From Myxococcota bacterium (lineage in GTDB: Bacteria > Myxococcota_A > Polyangia > Nannocystales > Nannocystaceae): DNA of 17,491 nucleotides. Positions 15,470-17,491 of the stretch are shown one piece after another. The notes beneath the pieces were generated by a model, which worked only from the letters and a program-made list of their open reading frames with translations, did not search any database and had not been told where the DNA came from. The position numbers were made by a program, and so were the translations under genes. Each line of letters begins with the position of its first letter. The stretch's first letter is position 1. Location: positions 1 through 17,491 of the forward strand of contig JBCCHT010000080.1 in NCBI GenBank assembly GCA_039028615.1. The letters are read 5' to 3'.

Positions 15470-16123
15470 ATGCCGATCCCCGACCTGCCCCAAACGGACG
15501 TACCCCGGCACGAAGCGCCCCCGAAGGACTGGGCTCATCACCTCTCGGCGATGGCGCTGCGCATGCGGGGCTGGACACTTGGCGGGGCCGCGCCTCGGCT
15601 GGACAAGTACGTGCTCATCGCCGCGCCGCACACGGAGTGGTGGGACGGTTTCTGGATGCTGTGCTTCGCCTCGTGGTGGGGCGTGCGTATGAATTGGCTG
15701 GCCAAGGACAGCGTGATGCGCTGGCCGGTCGCGGGCCTGCTGCGCCGCACGGGCATCGTGCCCGTCGACCGCAGCGCGCCGCAGGGCCTGGTCGGGCAGA
15801 TCGTCGAGCAGTTCGAGCAGCGCGAGCGGATGGTGCTGGCGATTCCCCCCGAGGGCACTCGGGGCCGCCGTGAGTACTGGAAATCGGGCTTCTATCACAT
15901 GGCCCGACAGGCGAATGTGCCGATCTGTCTGAGCTATCTCGACTTCAAGACCCGCGTCGCTGGCTTCGGGCCGTGCTTTGAGCTGACCGGAGACGTGCGG
16001 GCAGACATGGATCGGGTCCGCGCGTTCTATTCGGGGATCGAGGGGAAGATCCCGAAGAATTTCACGCCGCCGCGGCTGCGCGAGGAGGACGAGGTGGTGG
16101 AGGGAGCGATCGTTCCCGCTTGA
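15470..16123 (+). CDS. Lysophospholipid / 1-acyl-sn-glycerol-3-phosphate acyltransferase family (PlsC-like), 217 aa
   Basis: HX4D motif APHTEWWD, LAKDS, GIVPVDRS, PEGTR, WKSGFY.MA..ANVPI. Confidence 0.93.
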   Translation: MPIPDLPQTDVPRHEAPPKDWAHHLSAMALRMRGWTLGGAAPRLDKYVLIAAPHTEWWDGFWMLCFASWWGVRMNWLAKDSVMRWPVAGLLRRTGIVPVDRSAPQGLVGQIVEQFEQRERMVLAIPPEGTRGRREYWKSGFYHMARQANVPICLSYLDFKTRVAGFGPCFELTGDVRADMDRVRAFYSGIEGKIPKNFTPPRLREEDEVVEGAIVPA

Positions 16124-16214
16124 TCGGCGACGGTCGGCTCGGGCTCGTGGTCGAACCCGTGCTTCGCCACCAGCCACATCGGTCCGCGAGAGCACCGCGT
16201 GTTACAAGGGCCCG

Positions 16215-16781
16215 ATGCGAAGAAGGCCCCTGCAGTCGTGGCTCGTCATGTGTGGGTTGGTGCTCGTCGGAGGCTGCCCTTCGACCTCCGAGACCTCCGA
16301 GACCTCCGAGACCTCCGAAGAGGGTGGCGGTGAGACCATGCCCGCCACCACAACCAACGATTCATCCGCCTGCAGTGCCGAACCAGCGTGCCCGGGCGTG
16401 CCGGCCAATGGTTTGCTCGCGGGTGGGTGGGCCAACGGCGGCAACGGGGCGAGCATGACCATTTTCCTGTCCAGCCCGGCCACGACCTGCGGCGACAAGG
16501 ATCCGGGCACGTGCACCGATTGCGGCAACTATCAGTCGGTCGAGCTCACCCTCCCCGTCGCCGCCCAGGCTCCAGGCACGTACACCCAGGACGATGTGGA
16601 CATGAACTGTGGCTCGTGGGTCTCTGACTGCAAGGGCAACGGCGGCGGTGAGGGTGAGGCGGACGAGGGCTTCACCATCGAGATCACGAGCATCGACGAG
16701 GGTTGCGTCGTCGGTGAGATCATCATGACGAGCCTGTGCAGCTCCGACTCCGGTACCTTCGCGGTCACGCGCTGCCCGTAG
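16215..16781 (+). CDS. Hypothetical Cys-containing lipoprotein, 188 aa
   Basis: Basic N-terminus, hydrophobic core, lipobox VGGC, (TSE)4 linker, beta-rich domain ending ITSID..CVVGEI.....GTFAVTRCP. Confidence 0.85.
   Translation: MRRRPLQSWLVMCGLVLVGGCPSTSETSETSETSEEGGGETMPATTTNDSSACSAEPACPGVPANGLLAGGWANGGNGASMTIFLSSPATTCGDKDPGTCTDCGNYQSVELTLPVAAQAPGTYTQDDVDMNCGSWVSDCKGNGGGEGEADEGFTIEITSIDEGCVVGEIIMTSLCSSDSGTFAVTRCP
16283..16318 (+). repeat. Perfect 9-bp tandem repeat (GACCTCCGA)x4
   Basis: Four identical copies encoding TSE-TSE-TSE-TSE shortly after the lipobox Cys. Confidence 0.95.
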
Positions 16782-16977
16782 CGAAGAGCCCCGCCCGGTG
16801 AGCACGGGATCCATGGCGCCGTCCCAACCACAGAACGCCGCCGTCATTCCGAGACCTTCTGCGGCCTCACATCGCCATGCACATGTGCCACGACAATCCG
16901 CGCCTGAGCGGAGGCCATCCCGCGCCGCGGCCGTGGGTTTGCCTGGGACTGCCCGGAGCCAGCTCCACGACCGGCTC

Positions 16978-17232
16978 CTAGCTTTCGACCTCGGCTCGAA
17001 ACATCCAGGCAGCCCCTCGGGAGGGCTCGTCGATGTGCGGAAGGGCAGAGTCGACCCGCTCCAACACCAGGGCGCGCGTCTCGGCCCCGCGCACTGACCA
17101 CAGCGCTTCGGCGAGGGCGAGCGCCATCCGCCCCCGGATGTAGGGATCGCACTGCGAGCCATCGTAGCGCTCGAGGTCCGACTCGAGCAGCTCGATGATC
17201 CCAGCCTGGTGACCCATCTGAACGAGCTGTCC
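16978..17232 (-). pseudogene. C-terminal remnant of a TPR-containing protein (myxobacterial Ser/Thr kinase-TPR type tail)
   Basis: GQLVQMG.....IELLE..L........DP..RGRMALALAEALW..RG..TRA. An in-frame stop lies just upstream (~17253), so the 5' part is missing. Confidence 0.5.
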
Positions 17233-17242
17233 TCGGTGTCTG

Positions 17243-17329
17243 CGCGGTGATCCTCATCGGCCCGCGGCATGCCGGGCACTCGAGCACGTCCAGCTCGAGC
17301 ACTCGCTTCATCAACTCCGCCCAGCTCAG
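17243..17329 (-). mobile_element. IS91/ISCR-type transposase C-terminal zinc-finger remnant (~29 codons)
   Basis: LSWAELMKRVLELDVLECPACRGPMRITA matches the WA.L(L/M).RVF..D.L.CP.CGG.MRI.A motif of IS91-family transposase tails. No other part of the transposase is present in the window. Confidence 0.8.
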
Positions 17330-17490
17330 GGCGGAGTGATCTCCGACAGCGCGATGCAGACCTGCTCGATCGCGTTGCCGTCGTTGCGCAGCTTCAGCGA
17401 AGGCACCGCCCCGTCCTTCGCTTCGATGGTGAACTCGCGAGTACGGTTGAGCGTGGGACCCCGTGAGGTCTGGCCCGTGCCCCAGCGCAG
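17326..17490 (-). CDS. Partial CDS (3' end), hypothetical protein
   Basis: Open from the window edge: LRWGTGQTSRGPTLNRTREFTIEAKDGAVPSLKLRNDGNAIEQVCIALSEITPP*, stop at 17328-17326, G/C-ending codons. Confidence 0.65.
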   Translation of the reverse strand: MRWGTGQTSRGPTLNRTREFTIEAKDGAVPSLKLRNDGNAIEQVCIALSEITPP

Positions 17491-17491
17491 C

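Noticed and set aside
16844..17314. 156-aa ORF as an intact transposase
   Set aside because: Only the first ~24 codons match the IS91-type tail. The rest is an off-frame reading of the TPR remnant.

Overview
GC-rich bacterial DNA whose gene content points to a myxobacterium, probably Nannocystaceae-like (inference from CGDG..E.CDDGN cysteine repeats, an MxcI-like lipoprotein and many lipoproteins with Thr/Ser/Gly-rich linkers). The left 10.8 kb is intact. It holds two tandem paralogous Cys-repeat lipoproteins ending in cystine-knot-like tips, a membrane-anchored trypsin-like protease, an orphan exbD/tolR, a 6-TM voltage-gated K+ channel, a third Cys-repeat lipoprotein with a different beta-sandwich tip, and a four-gene iron-uptake operon (PepSY-TM, two small membrane proteins, MxcI-like lipoprotein) preceded by a Fur-box-like site. 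The right 6.7 kb is a mosaic. Its intact genes are a small Cys-rich secreted protein, a DUF4397-like lipoprotein, a PlsC-type acyltransferase and a small lipoprotein. Between them lie short gene remnants that the ORF track does not reveal as such: a radical SAM/SPASM gene split in two around a ~1.16 kb insert, an SRPBCC fragment, a Cys-rich protein C-terminus, a TPR C-terminus and an IS91-type transposase zinc-finger fragment. No rRNA, tRNA or CRISPR array was seen. All family assignments come from motif recognition by eye, not database searches.
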